Below the pieces are notes generated by a model, which saw only the letters and a program-made list of their open reading frames with translations, was not told where the DNA came from and searched no databases. The translations under genes were made by a program, and so were the position numbers. From an uncultured Pseudomonadales bacterium (GTDB lineage: Bacteria; Patescibacteriota; Microgenomatia; UBA1400; UBA1449), in NCBI GenBank assembly GCA_964386355.1, contig CAYLQQ010000007.1:1-59561 (forward strand): a stretch of 59,561 bases of DNA. The letters are read 5' to 3'. Shown here piece by piece: positions 1-10,120 of this stretch (the first letter of the stretch is position 1; every line of letters starts with the position of its first letter).

Positions 1-109
1 CCAACTGCCACCCTGGGCTTACGCCCTCGTGGGATTAAAGTGCGGAACATTTATGCATTTGCTGAAATCTATTTTTTGAGATATAAACAAGATACTGCCA
101 TAACTCACC

Positions 110-697
110 ATGAAAGATATTATTAAACGTACAAAAATATTATTTACAGAAGAAACGATCAGTATCGTATTTGGAATTGTTCTCATTATTATTCTCCTTG
201 TATCTGCATACTCTTTTTTTTCAAATAGAAGAAATTCGCCACAAATAACTTTGGAAGCAGCGTCTACTCAATCTGCAGAATTAACTCAAAATGGTCCATA
301 TGAACCTGTTCAAACTTATACGGTCCTCGAGGGGGAATCGCTCTCGTCAATTGCAAAAAAACTTTACGGTGATATTGTGTATTGGCCTCTAATATCTATG
401 GAAAACAGAATCGAAGATGTAAATACCATCCGAGCAGGAGAAGTATTGGATTTACCAGGACGGGATGTGTTGCTTGACTTCACCAAGAAAGTAAAACCAG
501 GACAAATACTAACGGGCGTTTCTATTGAAGCACTAACTGATAAAACGTATCAGGTAAAAAAAGGAGATACTCTTTGGCATATCTGTGAGCGAAGATATGG
601 TGATCCTCGAAAGTATGTAGACATAGCAAAAATTAATAAAATTCAAAATCCCAACTATATTGAAGTAGATTGGCAATTAACTCTTCCTGATTTATAA
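110..697 (+). CDS. LysM-repeat peptidoglycan-binding protein, membrane-anchored
   Basis: 195-aa ORF. N-terminal hydrophobic helix (IVFGIVLIIILLVSAYSFF). Two LysM-like repeats (YTVLEGESLSSIAKKLYGD..., YQVKKGDTLWHICERRYGD...). Confidence 0.8.
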   Translation: MKDIIKRTKILFTEETISIVFGIVLIIILLVSAYSFFSNRRNSPQITLEAASTQSAELTQNGPYEPVQTYTVLEGESLSSIAKKLYGDIVYWPLISMENRIEDVNTIRAGEVLDLPGRDVLLDFTKKVKPGQILTGVSIEALTDKTYQVKKGDTLWHICERRYGDPRKYVDIAKINKIQNPNYIEVDWQLTLPDL

Positions 698-719
698 TTA
701 TTCTTTGTACTGTAAGTCT

Positions 720-790
720 GCGGGTGTAGTACACCGGTAGTATGCTACCTTCCCAAGGTAGAGAAGAGGGTTCGACTCCCTTCACCCGCT
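720..790 (+). tRNA. tRNA-Gly (anticodon CCC)
   Basis: Hand-folded cloverleaf. Acceptor GCGGGTG/CACCCGC. Anticodon arm CTACC-TTCCCAA-GGTAG. T-loop TTCGACT. Confidence 0.85.
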
Positions 791-844
791 CAATATTCCG
801 ATACAATCAGGCCGTCTTAGTTCAGTTGGTAGACTTGCTCAAAT

Positions 845-915
845 GCCTCCATAGTTCAACGGTAGAACATCGGTATCGTAAACCGAATATGTCAGTTCAA
901 TTCTGACTGGGGGCT
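845..915 (+). tRNA. tRNA-Thr (anticodon CGT)
   Basis: Acceptor GCCTCCA/TGGGGGC. D-arm GTTC-AACGGTA-GAAC. Anticodon arm TCGGT-ATCGTAA-ACCGA. T-arm GTCAG-TTCAATT-CTGAC. Confidence 0.8.
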
Positions 916-1082
916 CAGATAAGGCATGTGAGTGATGCTTTTCCAGCAAAGCTGGACAGGATCCATGCATATGTCACTGATTTTGAACTGTTCTCAATAA
1001 TGTGTTGAACAATGAAATACAGCTTTGTTGTACGATCCTCTGAGACAGCTCATGAAGTACGTGGTAAAATAAAATATTACAT

Positions 1083-1808
1083 ATGACAAATCAGAAATAC
1101 TCATCTTCAAGTAGGCTTCAAAAAATTGAAGAACGTAAAAATAAACGCCAAGCATTAGTGTTTACGTTTCTAACCATTGCCTCCGTATGCCTTATTTTGT
1201 TTATAGGCTTACCAGCATTTGTAAAACTTATCGGAGCATTGGGTGATGTACGTAGCTCAAAAACTAATCCCGAAAAAAACGACACAGTGGCTCCTGTAAT
1301 GCCAACTCTTATGGCAGATTGGGAAGCTACCACTAGTTCCAAAATTACAATACGAGGATATTCAGAGCCAGGATCAAAAGTATCACTGAAAGTAAACGGC
1401 ATAGCATCAGGAGATACTGTGGCCAATGAAGAAAGTTCATATTCTTTTGATGTGACACTTGAACAGGGAGAAAATGAAATCGTAACATATGCAACTGACC
1501 AATCAAGCAATAGAAGCGAAGACTCAGAACCTGTAATTGTGCTATACGATAGTGAGCCGCCTAAATTAGAGATAAGTGCACCAGAGGATGGTGCAAAATT
1601 TTATGATGAAAGAGATATTGTTATAGGGGGGATAACAGATGTAAATGCATCAGTTAGAGTAAATGATTTTATTGCTACAGTGGATACAGAAGGAAATTTT
1701 GCAAGACGTATCCAGTTAAATCAGGGTGAAAATGAAATAAAAATCGAAGCAGTAGACGAAGCTGGCAATAAATCAGAAAAAACGATAAAAGTAAGTTACA
1801 ACCCCTAA
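1083..1808 (+). CDS. membrane-anchored surface protein with two Ig-like repeats
   Basis: 241-aa ORF with an N-terminal TM segment (ALVFTFLTIASVCLILFIGLPAF). Two internally similar ~80-aa repeats each end in (Q)GENEI...A.D..(S/G)N.SE, a pattern seen in bacterial Ig-like/surface-layer domains. Confidence 0.5.
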   Translation: MTNQKYSSSSRLQKIEERKNKRQALVFTFLTIASVCLILFIGLPAFVKLIGALGDVRSSKTNPEKNDTVAPVMPTLMADWEATTSSKITIRGYSEPGSKVSLKVNGIASGDTVANEESSYSFDVTLEQGENEIVTYATDQSSNRSEDSEPVIVLYDSEPPKLEISAPEDGAKFYDERDIVIGGITDVNASVRVNDFIATVDTEGNFARRIQLNQGENEIKIEAVDEAGNKSEKTIKVSYNP

Positions 1809-2989
1809 TACCTACACTCAATTTGAGTAAGTTTTTTACTTAATACATATATAAATCCAATCCATAGAATTACCCACGGATAAAACCAGCTATTAGCAAA
1901 CATGCCATGTATACCAAGAGCTACAAATGTAGAAACATATAAAGAATTGTATTTAAATTGGTTCACAAACAATCCAAGCCACCACAGAAAACTAACCGTA
2001 CCCACCACTCCAGTTGTGGCCATTAGATAGATAAGTGAGTTTTCTATACCTGCCGCTGAATGGCTGATTTCCCATTTTGACCGTTCAATACTTTGGTTGC
2101 GCTTAACATACCGCAAGGTATTAAAACCATGACCAAACGCCGGTTTTTGCATCCATAGCATGATACCTTGTTCCCAGCTTGTAAGTCTTGATAATATTGT
2201 ACTTGTACGTAGTAATTTAGTTCCCTCTCCAAACGTTCTAGGCAACAGTAACATTCCAGCAAAAATTGCTGCAATTCCTATCCAGAGTATTTTATATTTC
2301 AGGTTATATAAAATAATTACAAAAAGTGATACGACAAATGCAAGATATGAGCTTCGGCTGTAGGTAAGCAATAATGCGATAAATAGTAACCCCATACATA
2401 TGCCATACATGACTTGTATTCTAATTTTCTTTTCATATAACCATTGATGCAGTATATATAAAAGCTGCATCAGTAGCAGAATGCCAGTAAACCCTGTATC
2501 AAGCCATGAACCAGCTAATCTGTTTAGATGGCGATCCCATCCGGCAGCAAACAAGGGTTCTAATGCTGGGAAAAATGCATATTGTGAGAAGGATAACAAT
2601 AAGGTTAGCAAGATATTTATAAATATGTAGGGACTCAAATCAAATTTGGATGTTTTAAATTCTCCACGCATCAAATAAAAGAAGCTTATATAACTAAACA
2701 ACCTCAGCATATATAAAGATGAGATTGCCAATTCATTTAAAGATAGATTAAATAATGCTAGAAAAAGGGAGGTTAATAAGGCAACCATTAATACTAAAGA
2801 CGGTATATACGTTTTTATGCTTATTTGTTTTAAATTAGCTAATATATTTGGTATATGAATAAATAGGTACAATATGATAAGCAGGTCGTGCAAATATAAC
2901 GATCCACCACCTTTAAATAGAGGTATTTTTGTCAACTGTCCAAAGGGAAAAAGTAAAATGAGAATGATAAGAAATTGTTTAGAAAACAT
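1805..2989 (-). CDS. O-antigen ligase / polymerase-like (Wzy_C family) membrane protein
   Basis: 394-aa polytopic membrane ORF with the family-typical TYSRSSYLAF loop. It sits in a glycosyltransferase cluster. Confidence 0.7.
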   Translation of the reverse strand: MFSKQFLIILILLFPFGQLTKIPLFKGGGSLYLHDLLIILYLFIHIPNILANLKQISIKTYIPSLVLMVALLTSLFLALFNLSLNELAISSLYMLRLFSYISFFYLMRGEFKTSKFDLSPYIFINILLTLLLSFSQYAFFPALEPLFAAGWDRHLNRLAGSWLDTGFTGILLLMQLLYILHQWLYEKKIRIQVMYGICMGLLFIALLLTYSRSSYLAFVVSLFVIILYNLKYKILWIGIAAIFAGMLLLPRTFGEGTKLLRTSTILSRLTSWEQGIMLWMQKPAFGHGFNTLRYVKRNQSIERSKWEISHSAAGIENSLIYLMATTGVVGTVSFLWWLGLFVNQFKYNSLYVSTFVALGIHGMFANSWFYPWVILWIGFIYVLSKKLTQIECRY

Positions 2990-3014
2990 CTTTTTTTACT
3001 CCCCTCAATTCTAA

Positions 3015-3785
3015 TTATGAGTTAGAAGAATACATGTTTAAATACAGCATTCTCAACTTTATTCTAACTAGTAGTGAGTGCCAACTCATCAACCATGCCA
3101 TAACCAAGCCAGGATAACCATCAAGAAAACCTAGACTAAAAATATAGTTATGAATAAATTTGCCTACAGGTTTAATCAAATGAAATATAAATGGTTCCCG
3201 TATACCATTTTCATACATTTCTTGAGCTTTGATTGTTGAGTAACTATCAAGTCGAATAAGGTATTCATTCATAGTAATCGTATGGTTATGGATGAGAGCT
3301 TGTTCTAAGGATCCGACGTTTCCAGTGATTTTCCAAATTTCATGCACCCTTCCCTCCCATAAACCACCACCCTTCTTCCCCAACCGAAGTAATCTAACGG
3401 AAGCAGTTTCACCATATTCTAATTTTGCCCCCATAAATTCATCTGTCCGTTTTAAGTAATATCCTTTGTCATTATTCTCCCTTATTGTTTCTAATATCTC
3501 TTTTGCCAGTTCCTGACTAACAATTTCATCACTATCTATAAACAGTACCCATTCTCCAGATGCTTTAGCTAAACCAAAATTACGGCTTTGTGAAAAATTG
3601 TGGTTCAGATCATGCTTTAGTATGTACAATTTTTTACCTATTGCAGATTTTTTAGCTAATTCCAGAGTAGTGTCTGTGGAAGTATCATCAACCACAATAA
3701 TCTCGTCACAAAATCTTAATGACGCAATGCATGCTGCAATTGTATTTGAACTATTTTTTGTTAGAACTACTGCCGATAGTGTCAT
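3015..3785 (-). CDS. glycosyltransferase family 2
   Basis: LSAVVLTKNSSNTIAACIASL...IIVVDDTSTDTT and FIDSDE (DxD) motifs. Confidence 0.85.
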   Translation of the reverse strand: MTLSAVVLTKNSSNTIAACIASLRFCDEIIVVDDTSTDTTLELAKKSAIGKKLYILKHDLNHNFSQSRNFGLAKASGEWVLFIDSDEIVSQELAKEILETIRENNDKGYYLKRTDEFMGAKLEYGETASVRLLRLGKKGGGLWEGRVHEIWKITGNVGSLEQALIHNHTITMNEYLIRLDSYSTIKAQEMYENGIREPFIFHLIKPVGKFIHNYIFSLGFLDGYPGLVMAWLMSWHSLLVRIKLRMLYLNMYSSNS

Positions 3786-3971
3786 ATGTTCATTATACCA
3801 ATATGCTTTTAATATATCCTTTCAATACTGAACCTCTTTATTATTCTATTTTAATTGAAATTTTTAATATAGACTGTTTTATATTTCTATTCAAAGCTTC
3901 TGGTATATTTGTTCGTAATAAATGAATAAAGGAGTTATATACCCGGACCTTAATATAGTTATAATAGTAAT

Positions 3972-5231
3972 ATGTTGTATGCAAAACTCCTTACTAATCA
4001 TATTTCCCAAAACGCAATTGCAAATGCGATTAGGACAGTGCTTCAGGTTATCATCGGATTTATCGGAAGCTACATTTTGGTTAGATCCGTATCTGCTGCT
4101 GAGTTTGGTGCTTGGGCTCTGAGCCTGACATTTGCTTCTTTTCTGGGATTGGTAGACCTAGGTATTGCAACTGCCATGATCAAGTATACAGCTGCTAACC
4201 CAAACAATTCCAATAAAATATTTTGGACGTCATCATATTACTACGCAATCTCAGGGTTTATTGCGGGCTTTGTAATTGCCATTTTGCAGTATTCTATGAA
4301 ACATAGGCTTTATCGAGGATATGACCCCACATTTCCCTTTTTATTAATCACCGTAGCTGGTACATATATCGGTTGGCTGGCTGCAAATTTTAATAATATT
4401 CTTAACGGCTTACAGATGATGAAAAGGACAAGTTTTATTGAGGTCGTTAAAAGCCTTTTATTTTATATTTGCATAATTCCTCTTATTCCTTCTTTGGGAT
4501 TGCTGGCATTTCCCATAGGCTTTCTCATGAGTAATCTGATCGGACTGGGCATATCTTTTGCAATGGTACGAGGTAAAGCAAACTTACAGTATAGTCCGTT
4601 TGATTTAGCAACCTTTAAAATGCTTCTGTCTTTTGGTCTTAAGTCCTACGGAATGCACCTGACAGCTCTATTTAAGATGTCTTTTATAAAAATCGTGACA
4701 TCACAGTTGTTTAACCTTCAGTACGTAGCCTATGTAGAAATGTCTCAAAAGATAGGTTCTTACATTAGACAAATGTACGCTTCTGTAAATTCACCCCTTT
4801 TACCTGCTGCATCAACGTATCAGGCAAAAGGCGATACTGCCAAAATCAGAAAAATGTTTATGTATTCTCAGTCAATAATTACTTCGATTGGCATACTCGG
4901 AACAATTACCTATATTGTATTAGCCCCGTTTTTAGTTACTGCCTGGCTAGGTACAAGCTATCAGGCAGTAATTACTATTTCTGTTCTTGAGTGCTTAAGT
5001 ATTTTTGCGAACATGCTACTAGTTCCTTCTTTTACAATTTATCAGGGTATGGGCAGGTTTAAACCCATCCTTGCAACGTTTGGTATAACAATTATATGTA
5101 TGCTAGTTTTAGTTCCTTTAGGAGGCTATATTGGAGGGTTTACTGGAATGTACTACGGATTTATTCTAGCAGAGATAATACCAACAACTGCGTTCTTTGT
5201 ATGGTTTATAAAGAAGAAGTTACCGTTTTGA
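3972..5231 (+). CDS. polysaccharide flippase (Wzx/MOP superfamily-like)
   Basis: 419-aa ORF with ~12 hydrophobic segments, in a glycan cluster. Start codon uncertain. Confidence 0.65.
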   Translation: MLYAKLLTNHISQNAIANAIRTVLQVIIGFIGSYILVRSVSAAEFGAWALSLTFASFLGLVDLGIATAMIKYTAANPNNSNKIFWTSSYYYAISGFIAGFVIAILQYSMKHRLYRGYDPTFPFLLITVAGTYIGWLAANFNNILNGLQMMKRTSFIEVVKSLLFYICIIPLIPSLGLLAFPIGFLMSNLIGLGISFAMVRGKANLQYSPFDLATFKMLLSFGLKSYGMHLTALFKMSFIKIVTSQLFNLQYVAYVEMSQKIGSYIRQMYASVNSPLLPAASTYQAKGDTAKIRKMFMYSQSIITSIGILGTITYIVLAPFLVTAWLGTSYQAVITISVLECLSIFANMLLVPSFTIYQGMGRFKPILATFGITIICMLVLVPLGGYIGGFTGMYYGFILAEIIPTTAFFVWFIKKKLPF

Positions 5232-6080
5232 AACTCTATTAATAAAGGCACGAGTACGTATCACTGCAAAGCGATTATTCGCTTTTTTAGTTTTCCACCT
5301 TACCCATAAACTGGGATAAAAAACTAAATTAAATAGAAGGGATATCGGTTTATATCTAAACGGTGTGTGCGTAAGTGTAAATCGGATACTATTGATAAGG
5401 CTTTGTTTAATTTTAAAATTTTCAGAGGCGGATTTGCTGCCCAAGTGGTAGATCCTCGCTTTTGGTGCACAGATTACTGTATAACCTGACTTTTTAGCTC
5501 TCACACACAGGTCTACATCTTCCAGATACATAAAATAACTCTCATCAAACCCATCTAACTGGTGGAATAATGAAGATTTTATACACAAACAGCAACCTGA
5601 CACAAAATCTCTTATGATATGATCCGGAATAGCATTATATTCCGTATAATTCACATGTTTGGGTTGAGTTTTGATCCAATTTATATCTCCACCGTAATCA
5701 TAGTAAGTTTTTCCATTCACACTGTGTTCGATAACCGGTCCGGATATTCCAACCATTTCATCTGCATTAATTGCTGATATCAAATAATCAAGAAAATTAG
5801 AATAAACCGTTGTATCGTTATTTAAAAACAAATAATAGTCATATGGCAGCGACCGGATTTTTTTAACCACTTCATTATTTCCTCCGGCAAAACCTAAATT
5901 TTTAGAATAAGGGATAACTGAGCAATGCTTTGGTATTTTTACAGCATTAAATGTCCCCTGATTATCTTTAATATAAATATCAACTGTATTTTGCGTTTTT
6001 ACGTTAGTGAGAGATTTTAGACAATCCAGTGTAATTTCGGGATCTCCGAAGTGAAGGATAATTATGGCTATTTTTGACAT
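5220..6080 (-). CDS. glycosyltransferase family 2 (rhamnosyltransferase-like)
   Basis: IAIIILHFGDPEITLDCLKSL, NLGFAGGNN and FMYLEDVDLCVRAKKSGY motifs. Confidence 0.85.
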   Translation of the reverse strand: MSKIAIIILHFGDPEITLDCLKSLTNVKTQNTVDIYIKDNQGTFNAVKIPKHCSVIPYSKNLGFAGGNNEVVKKIRSLPYDYYLFLNNDTTVYSNFLDYLISAINADEMVGISGPVIEHSVNGKTYYDYGGDINWIKTQPKHVNYTEYNAIPDHIIRDFVSGCCLCIKSSLFHQLDGFDESYFMYLEDVDLCVRAKKSGYTVICAPKARIYHLGSKSASENFKIKQSLINSIRFTLTHTPFRYKPISLLFNLVFYPSLWVRWKTKKANNRFAVIRTRAFINRVSKR

Positions 6081-6081
6081 G

Positions 6082-6951
6082 TTAGTATTCTTTTTCTAAT
6101 AAAAATATTGGTATTTTATTTACTATTTTATATGACACACCGCAGCTTTGACATTTATACCGATTTGATAGTATGGATAGCCCTGGCTTATTACATTTTA
6201 TGCATATCATCTTCGTTTCCAAGTCCTGAACAATATATCTCCTCATATCATTTCTATTTGTATACCTAATATTGGTATACAGTTTTAGTACTACATCAAT
6301 TTTCTCTTGTAACCATTGGGTAGCGATACTACTAATTTTATAATCGACTTGAGTAAGTATTTCACCTGCTTTTACATCATACGCTACTACTATTTTGTCA
6401 CTTCGTTGCTCTTGTTTAATGTTGATCACATCTTCCCAAAAGTAATATATATTAAGCATTTTCTCATATTTGTTAATAAAGTGACGAAAATTGAGGCTGT
6501 TGGCAAACAAAACATGGATAAAGTGGGCAAACTGATTTTGCTGATTTTCATTTTTAGGATAGAAAATAAGAACATTCTTTTGTCGGTCAATAAACCATTT
6601 ATGGTAGTGCCAGCCGAATATTCGCTCCCGTAGAATATGAGGTGTAATAATAAGACCTTTTCTTGCTACACGTGCTAGTTCTGTAGAAAAAGTTACTGGA
6701 TCAGAAACATGTTCAATAACTTGATTACATAATACAAAGTCAAAATACTTGTCTGGAAATGGAAGATGAGTACCGTCTGCAACGTATAATGGCCGGTCTG
6801 TTTTAATGGATTTTCGCTGGCGTTCACGGTCACTCGTAAGCCAACGGTCGACAAGAATGTCGCTTCTGGGGTGCGGATTATGACCTGATCCAATTTCAAG
6901 AACTATATCCGTTTTATTGACAGGTAAATGAATCATATTAGCTTCTTTCAT
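6082..6951 (-). CDS. class I SAM-dependent methyltransferase with C-terminal Trm112-like zinc ribbon
   Basis: VLEIGSGHNPHP (motif I). FDFVLCNQVIEHVSDP (Methyltransf_11-like). C-terminal CIKCN...CQSCGVSYKIVNKIPIFL. Confidence 0.75.
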   Translation of the reverse strand: MKEANMIHLPVNKTDIVLEIGSGHNPHPRSDILVDRWLTSDRERQRKSIKTDRPLYVADGTHLPFPDKYFDFVLCNQVIEHVSDPVTFSTELARVARKGLIITPHILRERIFGWHYHKWFIDRQKNVLIFYPKNENQQNQFAHFIHVLFANSLNFRHFINKYEKMLNIYYFWEDVINIKQEQRSDKIVVAYDVKAGEILTQVDYKISSIATQWLQEKIDVVLKLYTNIRYTNRNDMRRYIVQDLETKMICIKCNKPGLSILSNRYKCQSCGVSYKIVNKIPIFLLEKEY

Positions 6952-6983
6952 TCATCAGAAAGGATTGGGGAAGACATGTTTGA

Positions 6984-8075
6984 CTAAACTAGTTTTCTAT
7001 ACATTTCATATAGCTTCTCTCCCTGTTTTCTAGCATCAAAATTCGCCTTAACCCTCCTTAGACCTTTATCTCTTAATTCTAATCTTAAAATCTTATTTAA
7101 TATCATCTCTTTCATCCCCTTATACAATTCATTTTCTTTTCCTTGTTCAACTACTAGCGCAGCATTACTAACAACTTCAGGTATTGCACCACAGTTTGTT
7201 GTTAGCACAGGCAAACCACATGCCATAGCTTCTAGTAATACCATTCCCAGGTATTCCTCCCAATACGTTGTAGCCTTAGAAGGTAGGATAAGAAAGTCAG
7301 TATCATTCATTATCTGGGGCATTATTGAATACGGGTAAAACTCGGGTTCAATTCCCAAATTTTGAAATTTATGTGCGTCTGGTCCCTGTCCTACCACACG
7401 AAGCTCAAAGTCAGGAAATTCAAGATTGATCTTTTTATATGCTAAAACTAATTCGCTTACTCCTTTTTGATCTTCAAGCCGACCAATAAAAAGCCCTTTT
7501 ACATGTTTTCTGTTCTTAGGATTTGACAGTGGTTTGAATTCATCAAGATCAACTCCATAGGGAATGACTGTTATTTTTTTATCTATAACTCCTTCTTTTA
7601 TTAGGCAGTCTTTAGCTTTTTGAGTCAAACAATGGAAGTGATTCGCTTCTTGTAAAACGTTTTGCTTAAGCCGTTTTCGACCCCATATCGTTTCATGGTT
7701 AAAAGGAATAGTCTCTGAACAAGTAACCAGTATTTTGGGAATTTTTCCTAAACGTTTTGCATAAACTGCTTGGGAAGAAAAATGGAAATAGGTTTCCCGC
7801 ACATGGACAATATCAAATCCCTTGAGTTTGTTTTCTAGACCCCAGAGATACATGGCATCTCCACATACCATTCTATTCAAGATCGGAAGTTTTTTAGGAA
7901 AACTTGGCAAATCGACAGGGCTGGGTAGTTTGATGGTAGGTATGTTGATCTTGTGTTTCGGCTTGAGGCTTGAGAATCCAGTAATTTGAACATCTTTATG
8001 CTTTTTTAGCATAGGGTAATAGCTTTGTAGTTCAAAGTTATTTATGTACTGGCCGCGGACAAAGGCGATGTTCAT
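6984..8075 (-). CDS. glycosyltransferase family 4
   Basis: C-terminal GT-B signature LPSKATTYWEEYLGMVLLEAMACGLPVLTTNCGAIPEVV. Confidence 0.85.
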   Translation of the reverse strand: MNIAFVRGQYINNFELQSYYPMLKKHKDVQITGFSSLKPKHKINIPTIKLPSPVDLPSFPKKLPILNRMVCGDAMYLWGLENKLKGFDIVHVRETYFHFSSQAVYAKRLGKIPKILVTCSETIPFNHETIWGRKRLKQNVLQEANHFHCLTQKAKDCLIKEGVIDKKITVIPYGVDLDEFKPLSNPKNRKHVKGLFIGRLEDQKGVSELVLAYKKINLEFPDFELRVVGQGPDAHKFQNLGIEPEFYPYSIMPQIMNDTDFLILPSKATTYWEEYLGMVLLEAMACGLPVLTTNCGAIPEVVSNAALVVEQGKENELYKGMKEMILNKILRLELRDKGLRRVKANFDARKQGEKLYEMYRKLV

Positions 8076-8980
8076 AAAAGTGGTTTTTTTGTAATTATAT
8101 GGTAAGTATCAACAATAATATTGTCTAGAAAATATGCTATTTGAAGAATATAATTCTCAAGAAAGCTAAAATGTTTTTTTGAATAATATTTGCGAGATTC
8201 TCTCCAAGCAGTGACATTGATCTTATAAATAGAATGCGAACTGCTCGAGCCAGATTCATGCACTATGGATGAATCTGGGAAAAAGTAGTTATTAAATCCA
8301 CGAGCTCTAGATCTAACACCGAAATCTACATCCTCCAAATACATAAAAAAGTTTTCATCAAAATATCCTATCTCATTTACTAACATTCTATTAAAAAGTA
8401 AAAATCCTCCAGATAATCCATAACATAATAACGGATTTTTATAATTATAACCCTTAAAATAGAAACTATTTGAAAACTTGTTGTTCTTAAATACTTTCTT
8501 TAAATTTGTAAAATCAAATAGTGCAGTAAAAAAATTTGGCTTATTTACATATGTTCCATGTACACCCTTATCACTAATCATTTTACCTCCAACCAATCCA
8601 ATATTAGTATTTTCCCTTTCTTTTTGCATATAAAAATTTAAAAGTTTCCAAATTTCTTTTTTACTTGGAATTGTGTCTGGATTCAATAAAAGAAGATATT
8701 TACCCTTAGATTCCCTAATACCACTATTTACAGCAGAAGCAAAGCCGACATTGTATTGATTCTTGTTTAACTTAATATTTTTTGAAAAATTTCTATTAAG
8801 CAATCTATTATAAGAATCATCAGGAGAGTTATTATCAATGACTATAATCTCCCAGTTATGCTCTTTGATTATCAACTCTAAACATCTAATTAGTTTTTCA
8901 AATACATTATATGAAACAATAATAATTGATAAAAGACAACTATCATCTTTTATCTGTAATTTGTTAGCTAATTTATGCAT
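8072..8980 (-). CDS. glycosyltransferase family 2
   Basis: LSIIIVSYNVFEKLIRCL...VIDNNSPDDS, NVGFASAVN and FMYLEDVDFGVRSRARG motifs. 4-nt overlap with the downstream GT4 gene. Confidence 0.85.
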   Translation of the reverse strand: MHKLANKLQIKDDSCLLSIIIVSYNVFEKLIRCLELIIKEHNWEIIVIDNNSPDDSYNRLLNRNFSKNIKLNKNQYNVGFASAVNSGIRESKGKYLLLLNPDTIPSKKEIWKLLNFYMQKERENTNIGLVGGKMISDKGVHGTYVNKPNFFTALFDFTNLKKVFKNNKFSNSFYFKGYNYKNPLLCYGLSGGFLLFNRMLVNEIGYFDENFFMYLEDVDFGVRSRARGFNNYFFPDSSIVHESGSSSSHSIYKINVTAWRESRKYYSKKHFSFLENYILQIAYFLDNIIVDTYHIITKKPLL

Positions 8981-9376
8981 AAATTAATCCAATTTATTAT
9001 TATTTTAGCAACCACTTTTCTTATAAATAATACTGCACACGCAGCTGAGTATATTGTTGAAGAAAATTTAGGCTGTACACTAGATAAATATGTATGGCAA
9101 GTATATCAAAACCAAGGAAATATAACTTATATAAATGTTTAGTTACGATTAAATGGAAACAATCTCACACCCTTTCTATATATGCATACAAATAATAATG
9201 TACGATCGTCGCAGTATGAGAGCCAGTGAGGCCATACTAAATAATATCCAACGGTCAGTGTTGCGTGAACATAAAAATCAAATAGATAAGGCAACTGCCC
9301 AGATAATATCTACCATGGTAGATGATCTTAAAATTGAATTAGGAATGTAGAGCACACTATTGAATAACGTGAATCC

Positions 9377-10108
9377 TCAGTCTTGAACTGGGGGCTTTTG
9401 TTTACCCATATAATGATCTTTTTGGTTTGACGGAAGCTTTTCAATAGCATAGCGCAGCATAGTGCGGGGCATACTTTGAGCATGTTGATCAAGAAATGTA
9501 GTTAGGGTTTTTAAGTTACGTTTACCCATCTCACGTAGCATCCAACCGCTGGCTTTTTGGATTAAGTCTCGCTTGTCATCCAACATATATGTAGCAAATC
9601 TAAGGATAAGGTCAAATTCATCTCTTTTTATAAAATAATAAGTTGCGAGCAAAGCTTTGCGCCTGTCCCACATATCTTGTGATCTAATCAGTTTATCTAA
9701 TATTGGTAGTTTATCTGTGTGATGAAATAAATAGTCCCCCATTATCATGGGGCAAGTCACATCGACAAGATCCCAATTATTTATTCTATCTTTATGTTTT
9801 AGGTAAAAATCGAATATTTCAGTTTTTCTAAATTCATCAGTTTTAGGGTATTGGTACGTTAAAATGAGAAGTCCTGTAAATCTAAACTCGTGAATAGCGC
9901 TCTGCAACAGCGTATTAATATCGTCTAAATTAGCAAGGTTAGCGTATTTTTTTGCGATAACCCGCTGTTGGGGAACTGTAAGACCAATAAATTGATCACC
10001 TTCACCGTATTGACCTAAACCTGTTTTAAAAAAACGTTTAAAAACTGCTATTTTCTCATCATTTTTAAGCAGATTTAATTCATTTTTAATTGAATTATAT
10101 TGAGACAT
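9377..10108 (-). CDS. DNA alkylation repair protein (AlkD-like HEAT-repeat family)
   Basis: FKRFFKTGLGQYGEGDQFIGLTVPQQRVIAKKY, NNWDLVD and ASGWMLREMGKR are typical of the DNA_alkylation family. Confidence 0.8.
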   Translation of the reverse strand: MSQYNSIKNELNLLKNDEKIAVFKRFFKTGLGQYGEGDQFIGLTVPQQRVIAKKYANLANLDDINTLLQSAIHEFRFTGLLILTYQYPKTDEFRKTEIFDFYLKHKDRINNWDLVDVTCPMIMGDYLFHHTDKLPILDKLIRSQDMWDRRKALLATYYFIKRDEFDLILRFATYMLDDKRDLIQKASGWMLREMGKRNLKTLTTFLDQHAQSMPRTMLRYAIEKLPSNQKDHYMGKQKPPVQD

Positions 10109-10120
10109 GTACGTAAACTA

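Noticed and set aside
1-109. Possible 3' end of a gene entering the window.
   Set aside because: It is too short to assign a frame or product with any confidence.
1118-1510. Antisense and shadow ORFs inside well-supported genes. Examples: 1118-1510, 2044-2363, 3598-4122, 6316-6899, 10220-10438, 10891-11151, 11506-12323, 14731-14973, 17478-18641, 21149-21612, 22863-23642, 25248-27111, 28707-28962, 35543-36091, 38962-39469, 41605-42866, 44693-45110, 47831-48224, 53369-54262, 55988-56317, 57355-57729, 58363-58641.
   Set aside because: Each lies wholly within a longer ORF on the other strand or in another frame, and that longer ORF has clear family motifs. The shadow ORFs have no motifs and a low-complexity composition typical of shadow frames in AT-rich DNA.
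9153-9350. 65-aa ORF in the intergenic region after the glycan cluster.
   Set aside because: No RBS, motif or TM segment could be recognised. It may be real, but there is no evidence beyond being open, so it is not reported as a feature.
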